A stretch of DNA of 61,560 nucleotides, counting the filler. It is 3 parts of 3 records of this genome, joined end to end, with 100 filler letters (N's around TTAATTAATTAA, not from the genome) between each part and the next. Parts side by side here need not be neighbours in the genome. Positions count along the whole stretch, not along the records: positions 1 to 18,357 come from SRR31156797_3170; positions 18,458 to 34,417 come from SRR31156797_3172; 1 more part is not named here. One strand, written 5' to 3'. Below are positions 9,743 to 20,998 of the stretch, in pieces. The position numbers and the translations under genes are program-made. Each line of letters starts with the position of its first letter. Positions within the stretch are counted from its first letter, which is position 1. The notes under the pieces are model-generated. The model was not told the DNA's origin. It did no database searches and saw only the letters and a list, made by a program, of their open reading frames with translations.

Positions 9743-10009
9743 ATGGACCAAATCGAAACAATCCGCAAAAAACAACTCAAATTTGCTCTGGGCGTAGGCA
9801 TCCCGTATTTCGCCTTTGTCATCAGCATCTTTCTGCTCGTGTATCTGGCGAGCGAAGCGGTAACCAGCATCAGCCTCATGGGATTCCCTCTTCACTATTG
9901 GCTGGTAGCCATAGCCATCTACCCTATCACTTGGGTGCTCTTCATCTGGTACGTGGGCAAAGCAAACGCCTTGGAAGATGAAATAGCCGAAAAGGTCGGA
10001 GGAGAATAA
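9743..10009 (+). CDS. DUF485 small membrane partner of a sodium:solute symporter
   Basis: Two TM helices, GFPLHYW motif, immediately upstream of the actP-like gene. Confidence 0.8.
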   Translation: MDQIETIRKKQLKFALGVGIPYFAFVISIFLLVYLASEAVTSISLMGFPLHYWLVAIAIYPITWVLFIWYVGKANALEDEIAEKVGGE

Positions 10010-10010
10010 G

Positions 10011-11585
10011 ATGGAAACCGGATATCAAATACCATTCACCGCACTGGTCTTGATCGGGTGCATGCTGGCTTTCACCATCGTCACCACGTTTATGTTCCGT
10101 AAACAAAAAACATCTGCCGATTATTATCTGGCAGGGCGCAAGGTCAATTCCTTCATCAATGCGTCGGCCATTTCCTCGGATTATCTGTCTGCAGCCTCTT
10201 TTCTCGGCGTTGCCGGTGTCGCTTTCCTGTTTGGATTCGACGGCATCATCTATGCGCTGGGATTCTTCGTAGGCTATATAGCCCTGTTACTGTTCCTGGC
10301 CTCTCCTCTCAGGAAATTTGGCCGTTACACCGTGCCCGACTTTGTTTCGGAGCGTTTCCACTCAAAGCGGGCACGCGTGCTCGGCGTTATCGGCGTCCTG
10401 TTCGTGTCGCTCTTCTACATGGCACCGCAAATGCTCGGCGCTGGCAAGGTCATGGGCCTGCTTCTGAATCTGGAATATGAAACTTCCATCATCATCATTG
10501 CCTGCATCATCACATTCTACGTCACAGTGGGTGGCATGAAAGCGACCACCGTCAACCAACTGGTCCAGTTCTGGATTCTGTTTGGCGCCATGTTTCTGCT
10601 CGCCTTCATCCCCTTCATGATTAAAGGATACACATACACCGACATCGTCAAATTCATCGGTGATTTCAAAGGCGCGGAACCGGTCACCGGGAAAATGTTC
10701 GACGGTGCGGCATACACCAGCCCAGCTTACTGGCTGACAAATTTGAAAGACACCTTGTCCCTTCTGCTGGCCCTGATGTTCGGTACCGCTGGCCTGCCTC
10801 ACATTCTCGTACGCTTCTATACCGCGCCCGATGGTAAAGCGGCACGCAAAACAGTTATCTACGTACTGCTTCTGATCGGTATGTTCTACATCCTCAGCCC
10901 GTATGTAGGCCACGTGATCCGTTACGCCTTCCTGCAAGGTGAAGCCATGGGTGTTTCCCCTCATTTGATGCAGTGGCTGGCTGACAATGGTAAAAACCTG
11001 GCCGTCCCTGTAGCAGGCTCATACTTCGGTGGACAAATCTTGCTCGGCATTGTCGTGGCCGGAGCATTTGCAGCCATCCTGTCCACAGTTGCTGGTCTGA
11101 TCATCGCATGCGCTGGTGCCATCGGGCATGACTTGGTGGTCAATGTCTTCAATCCGAACATGCCTGAACGCTCCCGCGTCAAGGTCGCCCGCATCGCGTC
11201 GATCATCGTCGGTCTGCTCGGTATCCCGCTCGGTTTCTGGGCGGAATCCATGCAGATCGCTGTCCTGGTCGGACTGGCCTTTGCAATCGCAGCTTCCACC
11301 TTCTTCCCGGTGCTCGTCATGGGCGTGTGGTGGCCCAAGATGACCAAAAATGGTGCTTGCGCCGGTTTGATTACAGGTATTGTCGGATCATTCTTCATGA
11401 TTCTCGGCAAGGGCATGCTCCCCGAATTCCTGCAATTCAAAAATCCCGGAGGATTCGTGATGATCTTGACCTTCATTGCCATCTATTCTGTCTCGAAAAT
11501 GGAATACGCATCCAAAGGAGAAGCCGCCCTTCCTCCTGATACGGCAGAGGTAATGGCCATCCTCCACGGCCCTGAAAAAGCATAA
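10011..11585 (+). CDS. actP: Cation/acetate symporter ActP-like (SSS family)
   Basis: DYLSAASFLG, GGMKATT, GTAGLPHILVRFYT and AFAAILSTVAGL motifs. Confidence 0.9.
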   Translation: METGYQIPFTALVLIGCMLAFTIVTTFMFRKQKTSADYYLAGRKVNSFINASAISSDYLSAASFLGVAGVAFLFGFDGIIYALGFFVGYIALLLFLASPLRKFGRYTVPDFVSERFHSKRARVLGVIGVLFVSLFYMAPQMLGAGKVMGLLLNLEYETSIIIIACIITFYVTVGGMKATTVNQLVQFWILFGAMFLLAFIPFMIKGYTYTDIVKFIGDFKGAEPVTGKMFDGAAYTSPAYWLTNLKDTLSLLLALMFGTAGLPHILVRFYTAPDGKAARKTVIYVLLLIGMFYILSPYVGHVIRYAFLQGEAMGVSPHLMQWLADNGKNLAVPVAGSYFGGQILLGIVVAGAFAAILSTVAGLIIACAGAIGHDLVVNVFNPNMPERSRVKVARIASIIVGLLGIPLGFWAESMQIAVLVGLAFAIAASTFFPVLVMGVWWPKMTKNGACAGLITGIVGSFFMILGKGMLPEFLQFKNPGGFVMILTFIAIYSVSKMEYASKGEAALPPDTAEVMAILHGPEKA

Positions 11586-11606
11586 TACTCCTTCCTCCAT
11601 CCTTGA

Positions 11607-11641
11607 GGGACGGGACTGAATCAAAACAGTCCCGTCCCTTT
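11607..11641 (+). terminator. Intrinsic terminator
   Basis: GGGACGGGACTG / CAGTCCCGTCCC stem followed by TTT. Confidence 0.8.
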
Positions 11642-11710
11642 CTGTTGACTTGATGCCTTCACCCTGTCTTAATATTAAAGCTGAATCTCATACTCACGAG
11701 GAAACCGGCA

Positions 11711-12979
11711 ATGCCTAAAACAAAAATCATGAATCGTTGGCTCGTCGTGGTCGGCGCCATTCTCATCCAACTCAGCCTTGGCGCAATCTACGCATGGTCA
11801 GTCTTCACTCCGGCCCTAAAAAATGTTGGCTGGTCAAAAATGCAGACACAAATTGTCTTTGCAGTGGGTCTTGCTTTTTTCGCCATCATCATGGTCTGGG
11901 CAGGTAAAAAACTCCCGACTTGGGGCCCTCGCAAACTGACCATGATCAGCGGGCTGGTACTAGGCTCTGGTTATGCTTTGGCCGGACTCTTCGGCGGCAC
12001 CAATTTTTGGCTTCTGCTCCTGTTCGTCGGCATAATTGGAGGCTCAGGTATCGGCATCGGCTATGTGGTCCCCATTGCGGTAGGCATGCGCTGGTTCCCG
12101 GACAAAAAAGGCATGATCACCGGTTTGGCCGTGGCAGGATTCGGTTTTGGTGCCATGGGGTGGGTCAAACTCGCCGGATCATGGGGGCACCTGCTCGCGA
12201 CTCTCGGCCTCTCCACAACCTTCATCATCTACGGGGCAGCCTTTGCTGCACTGGCCATTACTGGCGGTATGTGGATGGTCTTTCCGCCCGAGGGATGGCT
12301 GCCAAAAGGCTATACTCCACCTAAAACAACGGACACAACAAACGGCACAAATGGCGGATTCACTTCAGGTGAGATGCTCGCCACCCGCCAGTTCTATTAC
12401 ATTTTTTTGACCTTTGTTTTCAGTGCGGGAGCAGGACTCATGTCCATCGGACTGATGAAACTCTATCCCATGGAAGCGTTACAGGGGGCCGGGTACAATG
12501 CAGCCGAAGCCAGTGCCATCGCAGGCACGGCCATGGCAATCTTCTTCAGTCTCGCCAACGGCATTGGCCGTATCGCATGGGGTATGATGAGTGATCTCAT
12601 GGGGCGAAAGGCCGCCATTGTCATCATGACCGCCACGCAGGGAATCTGTGTCATTGGATTCCCAACCATGGCGACCAATGAACTCATTCTATATGTAGGA
12701 GCAACATTCATCGGTTTTAATTTTGGCGGCAACTTTGCTCTCTTCCCTACCATGACAGCCGATACTTTCGGCGCCAAAAATGTCGGCCAAAATTACCCAT
12801 TCGTCTTCCTCGCTTATGGCGTAGGCGGTATTTTTGGCCCCATCCTCGGCGGCATGCTCGGCGATATGGGCAACTTCCCCATGGCCTTCACTATCTGCGG
12901 CGTACTCTGTTTGGTGGGCGCGGTACTGACGTATAACGTCCAGCCTCCAAAACATACTCAGGACGCCACCAGCGGTTGA
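11711..12979 (+). CDS. OFA-family MFS transporter (oxalate/formate or monocarboxylate)
   Basis: GAIYAWSVF, RWFPDKKGMITGLAVAGFG and NGIGRIAWG motifs. Confidence 0.9.
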   Translation: MPKTKIMNRWLVVVGAILIQLSLGAIYAWSVFTPALKNVGWSKMQTQIVFAVGLAFFAIIMVWAGKKLPTWGPRKLTMISGLVLGSGYALAGLFGGTNFWLLLLFVGIIGGSGIGIGYVVPIAVGMRWFPDKKGMITGLAVAGFGFGAMGWVKLAGSWGHLLATLGLSTTFIIYGAAFAALAITGGMWMVFPPEGWLPKGYTPPKTTDTTNGTNGGFTSGEMLATRQFYYIFLTFVFSAGAGLMSIGLMKLYPMEALQGAGYNAAEASAIAGTAMAIFFSLANGIGRIAWGMMSDLMGRKAAIVIMTATQGICVIGFPTMATNELILYVGATFIGFNFGGNFALFPTMTADTFGAKNVGQNYPFVFLAYGVGGIFGPILGGMLGDMGNFPMAFTICGVLCLVGAVLTYNVQPPKHTQDATSG

Positions 12980-13180
12980 GAAAAAGGGAGAAAGGGTACC
13001 GCCCCCAAACAGCTAGCTCTCCCCCTTAAAAGGGGAAGCGCAGCGACTCCGCCCCACCCCACGCCGGAGGCTTGAAAAAGTGGAGGGAATGTGCAGATGC
13101 ACCGCTATCTCAAGCCGGGGCTTGACAGCGCGAAGGCTGATACCTACTTAGAGGCACCAACACACCAAAGGAGATATTTC

Positions 13181-13516
13181 ATGAGCAATTACGATATCAG
13201 ACTGGCCAAACTGGTCAGCGGCGAAATGATCGTCGGCAAATACGACGGCGTCGCACGCAAATACGAAGATCCCGCAACCATTCAGGCCATGCCAACTCAG
13301 GGCGGTACCCAGATGGTACTGCTGCCTTACGGCTACCCCTTTGATCAGGAAATGCACGGTGAAATTTCCTTCGACAACGTTCTGTTCGAGTACAAAAACT
13401 GCCCGGAAGAACTGAAGACCAAATACATCGAAGCACTGACCAACATCTCCATGTCCAGTGGCGGCCTTGACCTGGGTGGCGACACTTCTGGTGGTGGCGG
13501 TCTCGATCTCGGCTAG
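13181..13516 (+). CDS. Small hypothetical protein (possible Sm-like fold)
   Basis: AAGGAG RBS before ATG 13181; IRLAKLVSGEMIVG beta-strand pattern. Confidence 0.6.
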   Translation: MSNYDIRLAKLVSGEMIVGKYDGVARKYEDPATIQAMPTQGGTQMVLLPYGYPFDQEMHGEISFDNVLFEYKNCPEELKTKYIEALTNISMSSGGLDLGGDTSGGGGLDLG

Positions 13517-13542
13517 CCGATACCGACAAAAACTGGTATTTC

Positions 13543-13578
13543 AAGCGGGGCTGGCTCACCAGAGCCAACCCCGCTTTT
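13543..13578 (+). terminator. Intrinsic terminator
   Basis: AAGCGGGGCTGGCTC / GAGCCAACCCCGCTTTT. Confidence 0.75.
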
Positions 13579-13601
13579 CCGTCCTCTAACCAACGATTAG
13601 C

Positions 13602-16130
13602 ATGAAAGAACTACTGCCCATCCTCCCCCGTCCGTCACGTTATCTCGGTAGCGAATGGGGAACCACGATAAAGGATTCTAACACCGTCACTGTACGGTGT
13701 GCCCTCGCATTTCCCGACATGTACGAAGTCGGTATGTCCTACCTTGGGCAGAAAATTCTTTCACAAGCCATCAACGCCCATCCTCAATTCTGGGCAGAGC
13801 GCGTGTATACCCCATGTCAGGAAACCGCTGCGATACTACGCGAGCATGACACCAAACTCGCGACCCTTGAGTCGGACACCCCTCTCATGGATATGGACGC
13901 TATAGGTTTCAGCCTGACGCATGAGCTATGCTACACCAACATTCTCTATATTTTGGATTTGGCAGGTATTCCATTCCGCACGGCAGACAGAGACGGCTCG
14001 CATCCTCTCATCATTGCCGGAGGCGGTGCGACCTTCAACGCGGAACCTGTGGCACCATTTTTCGATGCTATGGTCATCGGCGACGGCGAAGAAACCATGC
14101 CCGCAGTTCTGGCCTGTATTGAACAGGCAAAAGAAATTAGTCTTTCCCGCGCAGAACTCCTAAAAAACCTGACGACCATCCCCGGCATATACATCCCATC
14201 ATTTTTTGAAGATCAGGGCCCGGGGAAACCGATTAAGCCCTTAGTTAAAGGATATGAAAGTATTGAGAAAGCCGTGGTTGACGATCTCAACTCAACACCA
14301 TTTCCCACAGGCCAAACCATTCCTTTTGATGCCATTCATGATCGACTGACCATGGAGATTGCCCGAGGGTGTACTCGTGGCTGTCGCTTCTGTCAGGCGG
14401 GCATGATTTACCGCCCTGTGCGTGAACGTTCGCTGGATCAACTGGATCGAATTCTGACTGATGGACTGGCCCAAACCGGCTATGAAGAGACCTCCCTTCT
14501 TTCTCTGTCCACCGGCGACTTTTCAGGGCTGGACTCATTGTTTACGCGTAGCTTCGATAAATGCGCATCTGAACAAATTTCCATTTCTTTACCGTCCCTG
14601 CGAGTCGGTTCACTCTCAGCCCCGATCATGGAGCGTATCTCCTCCATTCGCCGGACCGGCGCGACACTGGCCCCTGAGGCAGGCAGTCAGCGCATGCGCG
14701 ACGTCATCAACAAAGGAATTGATGAGGAAGGCCTCCTTAATCACGTGCGCATGCTGTTCGACAACGGCTGGCAAGGCGTTAAATTGTATTTCATGATCGG
14801 CCTCCCCACCGAAACCGACGAGGATCTGGACGCCATTGTAGACCTGTGTCTCAAGGTGCGCGATTCTGCCGGACGCCATATCAAACGGTTGCAGGTCTCG
14901 GCTGCGGTGTCGCCTTTCGTTCCCAAACCACAGACCCCTTTCCAATGGGAACCACAAATTTCCTATGATGAAATATACCGACGTGTTCACTACCTGCGCG
15001 ATCAATTCAAGCGGCACAAACGTATCAGTATCAAATATCATGAGCCCGAGATGACCTCATTGGAAGGCGTGTTCTCCCGTGGCGACCGGCGTTTAGCTGA
15101 AGTGGTGGAACTGGCCTATGCCAAGGGTGCACTTTTCTCCAGTTGGAAAGATCATCTTCGCTTGGGACCTTACAAAGAGGCCATGGAAGAAGCTGGACTG
15201 GACTGGGATGAGTATACTGGTCCCCGTGCCCCGGAAGGGCCACTCCCTTGGGACCATATTTCCAGCGGACTGACTAAGAAATTTCTGCTCAAAGAACGTG
15301 AACGCGCTCTGACCGAAAAGATCACCGAAGATTGTCGCTACGGAGCCTGCCGCAATTGCGGAGTGTGCGAATTCGATGGTCGAAAGACGACATTAACGAC
15401 ACAAAGTAAAGACAAGGATATCCGACCAAGACTCGTCTTTCCTCAACGCGATCAGGAAGGAGAACAGCCCCCCTATACCGTTGAAAAACCTGACCTTACC
15501 ATTAAGGAAGCCCATTTTCGAATCTGGTATGAAAAAAATGGCCCGGCCGCGTATCTCAGTCAATTGGAATTACAGGCAGTATTTGAACGAGCTTTCCGCC
15601 GTGCTGGATTGCCAATGGCATTTTCTGCCGGATTCCACCCTATGCCTAGACTGTCATTCGGTAAGGCACTGCCTGTAGGCGTCTCCAGTAATGCAGAATG
15701 GATCAATGTTTTTCTCAGAAAGAATTTTGAACCTGTTGAAGTAATCAAGAAATTGATACCCAACATGCCGGTGGGACTTGCTCCCATCAAGGCAGACCGC
15801 TTATCCATGGGGAAAAAACAACCACAGTCAGTGGAAGAAGTTTTTGAAATCAAGTTTATCAAGGATACAGATAAACGTTTGATCCAATGGAAAGAATTCT
15901 TCAATACCAAAGAATTTATCGTTGAAAAACGGACAAAAAAACGAGGCATGAAGCAGGTAAATGTTCGCCCCATCATCAAAGAAATGACCGAATTGGATTC
16001 CGGTCTGACTTTAGTTATGGACTGGCGTGAACTTTACATGAGTCCTTTAGCCCTATGCATGAAAGTCATGAAAGACGCGAGTCAACTCGACTTCACACTG
16101 ACCAAAACAGCCCAAAGATTCGAAAAATAA
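13602..16130 (+). CDS. TIGR03960-type B12-binding radical SAM protein fused to a TIGR03936-type C-terminal domain
   Basis: PDMYEVGMSYLG, CTRGCRFC, LAPEAGSQRMR; C-terminal GFHPMPRLSFG. Confidence 0.88.
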   Translation: MKELLPILPRPSRYLGSEWGTTIKDSNTVTVRCALAFPDMYEVGMSYLGQKILSQAINAHPQFWAERVYTPCQETAAILREHDTKLATLESDTPLMDMDAIGFSLTHELCYTNILYILDLAGIPFRTADRDGSHPLIIAGGGATFNAEPVAPFFDAMVIGDGEETMPAVLACIEQAKEISLSRAELLKNLTTIPGIYIPSFFEDQGPGKPIKPLVKGYESIEKAVVDDLNSTPFPTGQTIPFDAIHDRLTMEIARGCTRGCRFCQAGMIYRPVRERSLDQLDRILTDGLAQTGYEETSLLSLSTGDFSGLDSLFTRSFDKCASEQISISLPSLRVGSLSAPIMERISSIRRTGATLAPEAGSQRMRDVINKGIDEEGLLNHVRMLFDNGWQGVKLYFMIGLPTETDEDLDAIVDLCLKVRDSAGRHIKRLQVSAAVSPFVPKPQTPFQWEPQISYDEIYRRVHYLRDQFKRHKRISIKYHEPEMTSLEGVFSRGDRRLAEVVELAYAKGALFSSWKDHLRLGPYKEAMEEAGLDWDEYTGPRAPEGPLPWDHISSGLTKKFLLKERERALTEKITEDCRYGACRNCGVCEFDGRKTTLTTQSKDKDIRPRLVFPQRDQEGEQPPYTVEKPDLTIKEAHFRIWYEKNGPAAYLSQLELQAVFERAFRRAGLPMAFSAGFHPMPRLSFGKALPVGVSSNAEWINVFLRKNFEPVEVIKKLIPNMPVGLAPIKADRLSMGKKQPQSVEEVFEIKFIKDTDKRLIQWKEFFNTKEFIVEKRTKKRGMKQVNVRPIIKEMTELDSGLTLVMDWRELYMSPLALCMKVMKDASQLDFTLTKTAQRFEK

Positions 16131-16157
16131 ACAAACCCCCCCACAATAAATAAAGGA

Positions 16158-16574
16158 TTAAAACAATCCTTCATTTTCCCCTGTACCGACAGTTATCTGT
16201 CGGTACACTTCTTCAGTGCCACCCTGCAACGGTTCCATTTTTATAAGGATATCGCTGGAACCTTCCATGAGCAACGTAAAAAGATATCGCGCACGGCTTT
16301 CTCCGTCCTCAGAATATTCCAGAAACCGTTCCATACGCACCATGGACGGATCAAACGAAGCCCCCGAAATTGTATATCCCTTGACTAAAGGGTTAGGCAT
16401 ATCAATGGCCAGAACCTCACCCCGTTCAAGCGTCACGTTCGTTGAATAATCATCATCAATTTCTATAAGTTCCGCAGGATTCAATCCAGTTTCAACAGAC
16501 GAACTACTAAAACAAGCTGTCAACACAAAAAGACATACCACAGACAACGCTAACACATTGAAAAATCTAAACAT
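16158..16574 (-). CDS. Lipoprotein, hypothetical
   Basis: Lipobox LTAC after a hydrophobic signal. Confidence 0.65.
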   Translation of the reverse strand: MFRFFNVLALSVVCLFVLTACFSSSSVETGLNPAELIEIDDDYSTNVTLERGEVLAIDMPNPLVKGYTISGASFDPSMVRMERFLEYSEDGESRARYLFTLLMEGSSDILIKMEPLQGGTEEVYRQITVGTGENEGLF

Positions 16575-16806
16575 TACTACACATCTCCAACATCGCCTTC
16601 ATAGGCAAAACTCTATTGTTAAAATCAAGTTAAAAGTGTATGACTGAACAGATTTCTGCCTAACCCATTTACGCCGTGTTCTGCAATGGAAGCAACCCCT
16701 TCCGTTATATCGGCTTGGTAAAGGCGAATCGTGTCCTTTGGACACAGGAGAGGTATGGTAGCGCCGTTTTATGGCGTAATAGCTTAAATTAATGGAGGAA
16801 TAACTC

Positions 16807-18357
16807 ATGAAACTGTCGACGTTCAAATCCGCCGGCAAATTCTCCCTGCTCCTTCTCACCATCGTCGTATCCGCCATGTTGTTGGTTGGTTGCGCCGGGG
16901 AAGAGAAGAAAGATGATGCAGCCGAGAAAGCCGAATCTGCAACCCCCGCTAAAGTCACTCTGAAACTCGCCATGGACGCCGATCCGGTTTCCCTGGACCC
17001 TCAGGTCCAGCTGTCCGGTGGTATGCTTCAGTTCTCCCACATGGTCTTCGACTCTCTCGTTCGTTACGACCAAGACATGAATTTCGTCCCCCGCCTGGCT
17101 ACCAAGTGGGAACGTATCGACGACCTGACCATGCGCTTCCACCTGCGTGAAGGCGTCAAGTTCCACTCTGGCAATGAATTCACCGCTGAAGACGTTGTTT
17201 TTTCTCTGGAACGCCTGAAGAAATCCGAAGATTTCAAGGGACTGTTTGAGCCTTTCACCGGCGCCAAGGTTGTGGATGCCCACACCGTAGACCTGATCAC
17301 CAAGCAGCCTTACGGCCTGGTGCTCAACATGGCCACCTACATCTTCCCCATGGACAAAAAGTTCTACACTGGCACGGATGACAAGGGTAAGCCCAAGGAT
17401 ATGATCCTCAAGACAGACTACTCCTACGCCAACGTCAACGAGTCCGGTACCGGTCCTTACGTTGTTACTCAGCGTGAGCAGGGCGTAAAAGTTATCTTCA
17501 CCCGTTTCGCCGATTACTGGGATCACACTGGTAACATCGAAGAAATCATCCTCACCCCGATCAAAAACGACGCCACCCGTGTTGCAGCTCTGCTGTCCGG
17601 CGATGTCGATTTCATCATGCCTGTACCTCCGCAGGATCTCGAACGCATCAACTCCACTGATGGCCTGCAGCTTGTGACCATGTCCGGCTCCCGCATCATC
17701 ACTTTCCAGTTGAACAGCGAACGTAACCCTGCACTGGCTGACCCCAAAGTCCGCCTTGCTATGGCTTATGCTTATGACAACAACGGAGTTGTCGACAAAA
17801 TCATGAAGGGCTTCGCTACTGCAGCTGGCCAGATGTCCCCCAGAGGGTATGCTGGTCACGTAGAAGAACTGGCTCCCCGCTACGACCTTGACAAAGCCAA
17901 GGCCCTGATGGCCGAATCCGGCTTCCCCAATGGTTTCGAAGCAACCATGATCGCTCCTAACAACCGTTACGTGAACGACGAAAAGATCTCTGAGGCATTC
18001 GTTTCCATGATGTCCAAGATCGGTGGTAAGATCTCCCTGAAGACCATGCCGAAAGCCCAGTACTGGGATCAGTTTGATGCACAGGTTGCCGACATCCAGA
18101 TGATCGGTTGGCATTCTGATACTGAAGACTCCGGCAACTTCTACGAGTTCCTGTCCATGTGCCGCAACGCTGAGACCGGTTACGGCCAGTACAACTCCGG
18201 TAACTACTGCAACGCCAAGGTCGATGAACTGACCCTTGCCGCCCAGACTGAAACCGATATGGCCAAGCGTGCTGCACAGTGCCAGGAAGCTGAAAAGATT
18301 CAGTATGACGAAGCTGGCTTCATCCCTCTGCATTGGCAGAACCTGTCCTGGGCTTCC
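16807..18357 (+). CDS. Peptide/nickel ABC transporter substrate-binding lipoprotein (family 5), 3'-truncated by contig end
   Basis: Lipobox LVGC; SLDP, LREGVKFHSG and GTGPY motifs. Confidence 0.92.
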
Positions 18358-18457
18358 NNNNNNNNNNNNNNNNNNNNNNNNNNNNNNNNNNNNNNNNNNN
18401 NTTAATTAATTAANNNNNNNNNNNNNNNNNNNNNNNNNNNNNNNNNNNNNNNNNNNN
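18358..18457. other. Artificial contig-joining spacer
   Basis: N44-TTAATTAATTAA-N44 with stops in all frames; unrelated genes cut on both sides. Confidence 0.97.
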
Positions 18458-20420
18458 CGGCATCGTGGTGGACGACGCCATCGTGGTGGTGGAAAACGCC
18501 TCCCGTTGCATCGACGAAAAAGGGATGGCCCCCAAGGAGGCCACCAAGGAAGCCATGCGGGAAGTGACGGGCCCCATCATCGCCACCACCCTGGTCCTCA
18601 TGTCGGTCTTTGTACCGGTGGCGTTCATGCCCGGCATTACCGGACAGCTCTACCGGCAGTTCGCCCTGACCATCGCCTTTTCCGTGGGCATTTCCGCCAT
18701 TAACGCCCTGACCCTGAGCCCGGCCCTGTGCGCGGCCCTGCTGCGGCCCACGCCCAAACGGCAGGCCTGGTTTTTCAGGCAGTTCAACCGGATCTTTGGC
18801 TGGTCCCGGAACCGGTACCTGAAAGGGGTGAGGTGGTTTATCAAGGCCTGGGTACTGGTGCTGTTTGTTTTCGCGGGCCTCGTGTTCGCCACCTACACCA
18901 TGTTTAAAATCGTCCCCACCGGTTTCGTGCCCTCGGAAGACCAGGGGTATTTCATGGTCATGATCCAGACGCCGGAAGGGGCGTCCCTGGATCGAACTTC
19001 AAAGGTCTGCGATTCAGTGGAAAAGATCCTTGAACACATGGCCGGCATCGAGAGCGTCGTGATGATCGGCGGGTACAATCTCCTCAATTCCGCCAACGAT
19101 ACCGCTTCCGCCGCCGCATTCGTGATGCTGGACCCATGGGACAAACGAAAAACGCCCCAGCTGAGCCTGAACGGCATCATGGGAACCTTTATGGGTCAGG
19201 TCCAGGGGATCAACGATGCCGTCATCATCCCCTTTCCGCCCCCCCCCATTCAGGGTCTCAGCACCACCGGCGGATTTGAATTCGAGCTGCAGGATCTCAC
19301 GGGAGGCAGTCTGGTGGAACTTCGGGCCATGGCGGAAAGACTCATGGCCGCCGGCCTCAAGGAACCGGTCCTCACCCCCTTGAGCACCACTTTCGAGGTT
19401 AACTATCCGCAATTTTACATTGAACTGGACCGCACCAAGGCCAAAAGCCTGCAAATTGCCATATCCGACGTTTTCGATACGCTTCAGACGTTTCTGGGAT
19501 CCATGTACGTCAACGATTTCAATAAATTCGGTCGCGTTTACCGGGTTTTCCTACAGGCCGAGAAAGATTATCGGGCCAAAAAAGAGGACATCAGCAAACT
19601 CTATGTCCGCGCCGCGGACGGCAGCATGGTGCCCCTCTCCGCCCTGGTCAAGGTCAAACAGATTCGGGGAGTCCAGAGCATCAAACATTACAATCTGTTC
19701 CGCACCGTTTCCATCTATGGCGGCAGTGCCCCCGGTTACAGTTCGGGAGAGGCCATCCAGGCCATGGAAGATATATCCGCAAAACTTTTGACAAACGAAT
19801 ACGGATATGAATGGACCGCTACGGCCTATCAGGAAATCAAGGCCGGCGGCATGGCACCTTACATTTTCACCCTGGCCCTGGTCTTTGCATTTTTGTTTCT
19901 CGCGGCCCAGTACGAAAGCTGGGTCATGCCCCTCATGGTCATGCTGGCGGTTCCCCTGGCCATTCTGGGAGCCCTTGTGGCCCAGCACCTCCGTGGCATC
20001 GCCAATGACGTTTACTGCCAGATCGGGCTGGTGATGCTCATCGGCCTTGCCAGCAAAAACGCTATTTTGATCGTGGAATTTGCCCGGGAACTGAGGAACC
20101 AGGGGATGAGCATTGTGGAGGCCGCGGTGAACGCATCCAAGGAACGGTTGCGCCCCATCCTCATGACGGCTTTTGCCTTTATCCTGGGGGTGGTTCCCAT
20201 GGTGGTGGCCAGCGGTGCCGGTGCCGCCAGCCGACACTCCCTGGGAACCGCCGTATTTGGAGGTATGCTGGCTTCCACTTTTCTGAGCCTGGTGCTGGTG
20301 CCGGTGCTCTATGTGGTCCTGGAAAGGCTCAGGGAAAGAAAAGGAAAGAGTATAAAAAAGAATGGTGCCACCAGCGAAACGAAAACCGTCTCCATGGAGA
20401 AAGGCCCTTCTAAAGCCTGA
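18458..20420 (+). CDS. RND efflux permease (AcrB/HAE1 family), 5'-truncated
   Basis: VDDAIVVVEN, LTLSPAL, KNAILIVEFA and RLRPILMT motifs. Confidence 0.95.
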
Positions 20421-20517
20421 TTTATTGTTGTATAGTTCTTTCAGAAATAAGCGTAAACTGTAAACCGGAAACCTTTACGAAAAGGCCGCTGCCTTGTTTC
20501 AGAGAGGAGGTTCCTAA

Positions 20518-20997
20518 ATGAAATCCCTTAAACCCTTGTTTTTATTGACAGGTATTTTCATGGTCCTGTCCATTGCCCCGGGATGTCTGGGGAACTACGG
20601 CAAAATCAGGCTGGCATCCGGTGATCACAATGCAACCATTCAAGATTTAAAGGATAACTGGGAAAATTACGATATTCTTTACGCCGGTCTTTCAACGGAC
20701 GCCCCTTCCGCCATCATGTTCGGACCGAGAGCGGATGGAAAGCGCCTGATCGGCAAAAAATGGATGCCCGTGACCGACCGGTCCGTTGTTGATGAAATAC
20801 TCGGGTGGCTCGATTCCTATGTGAACTTTCCACCCACCCTCTATGAAATCCTGAGCCCCGAAAATGTTTTTTTCGGCTACATCTATACATCACCGACGGA
20901 ACAGATTGTTATCAAACAGATCGATCCTGAAACCCTGGAATTGGAAAACATTCCACTCCCTCCCATCGATTATGGCCCCAGCGGAGGGAAAAAATAA
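20518..20997 (+). CDS. Lipoprotein, hypothetical
   Basis: AGGAGG RBS; signal ending in APGC. Confidence 0.7.
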   Translation: MKSLKPLFLLTGIFMVLSIAPGCLGNYGKIRLASGDHNATIQDLKDNWENYDILYAGLSTDAPSAIMFGPRADGKRLIGKKWMPVTDRSVVDEILGWLDSYVNFPPTLYEILSPENVFFGYIYTSPTEQIVIKQIDPETLELENIPLPPIDYGPSGGKK

Positions 20998-20998
20998 A

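Noticed and set aside
12985-13075. Possible ncRNA after the MFS gene
   Set aside because: Short hairpins and a CGCCGGAGGC end look like a decayed Desulfovibrio-type intergenic repeat; single copy, no further support
16789-18333. 514-aa antisense ORF opposite the ABC substrate-binding gene
   Set aside because: Shadow frame produced by strong codon bias of the sense gene; no recognisable motifs
18402-18413. TTAATTAATTAA palindrome (also 34462-34473) as a biological site
   Set aside because: Embedded in N-runs and identical at both joins; an assembly linker
20864-20998. N-terminal extension of Der in the ORF track
   Set aside because: Overlaps the upstream lipoprotein gene; Der homology starts at ATG 20999
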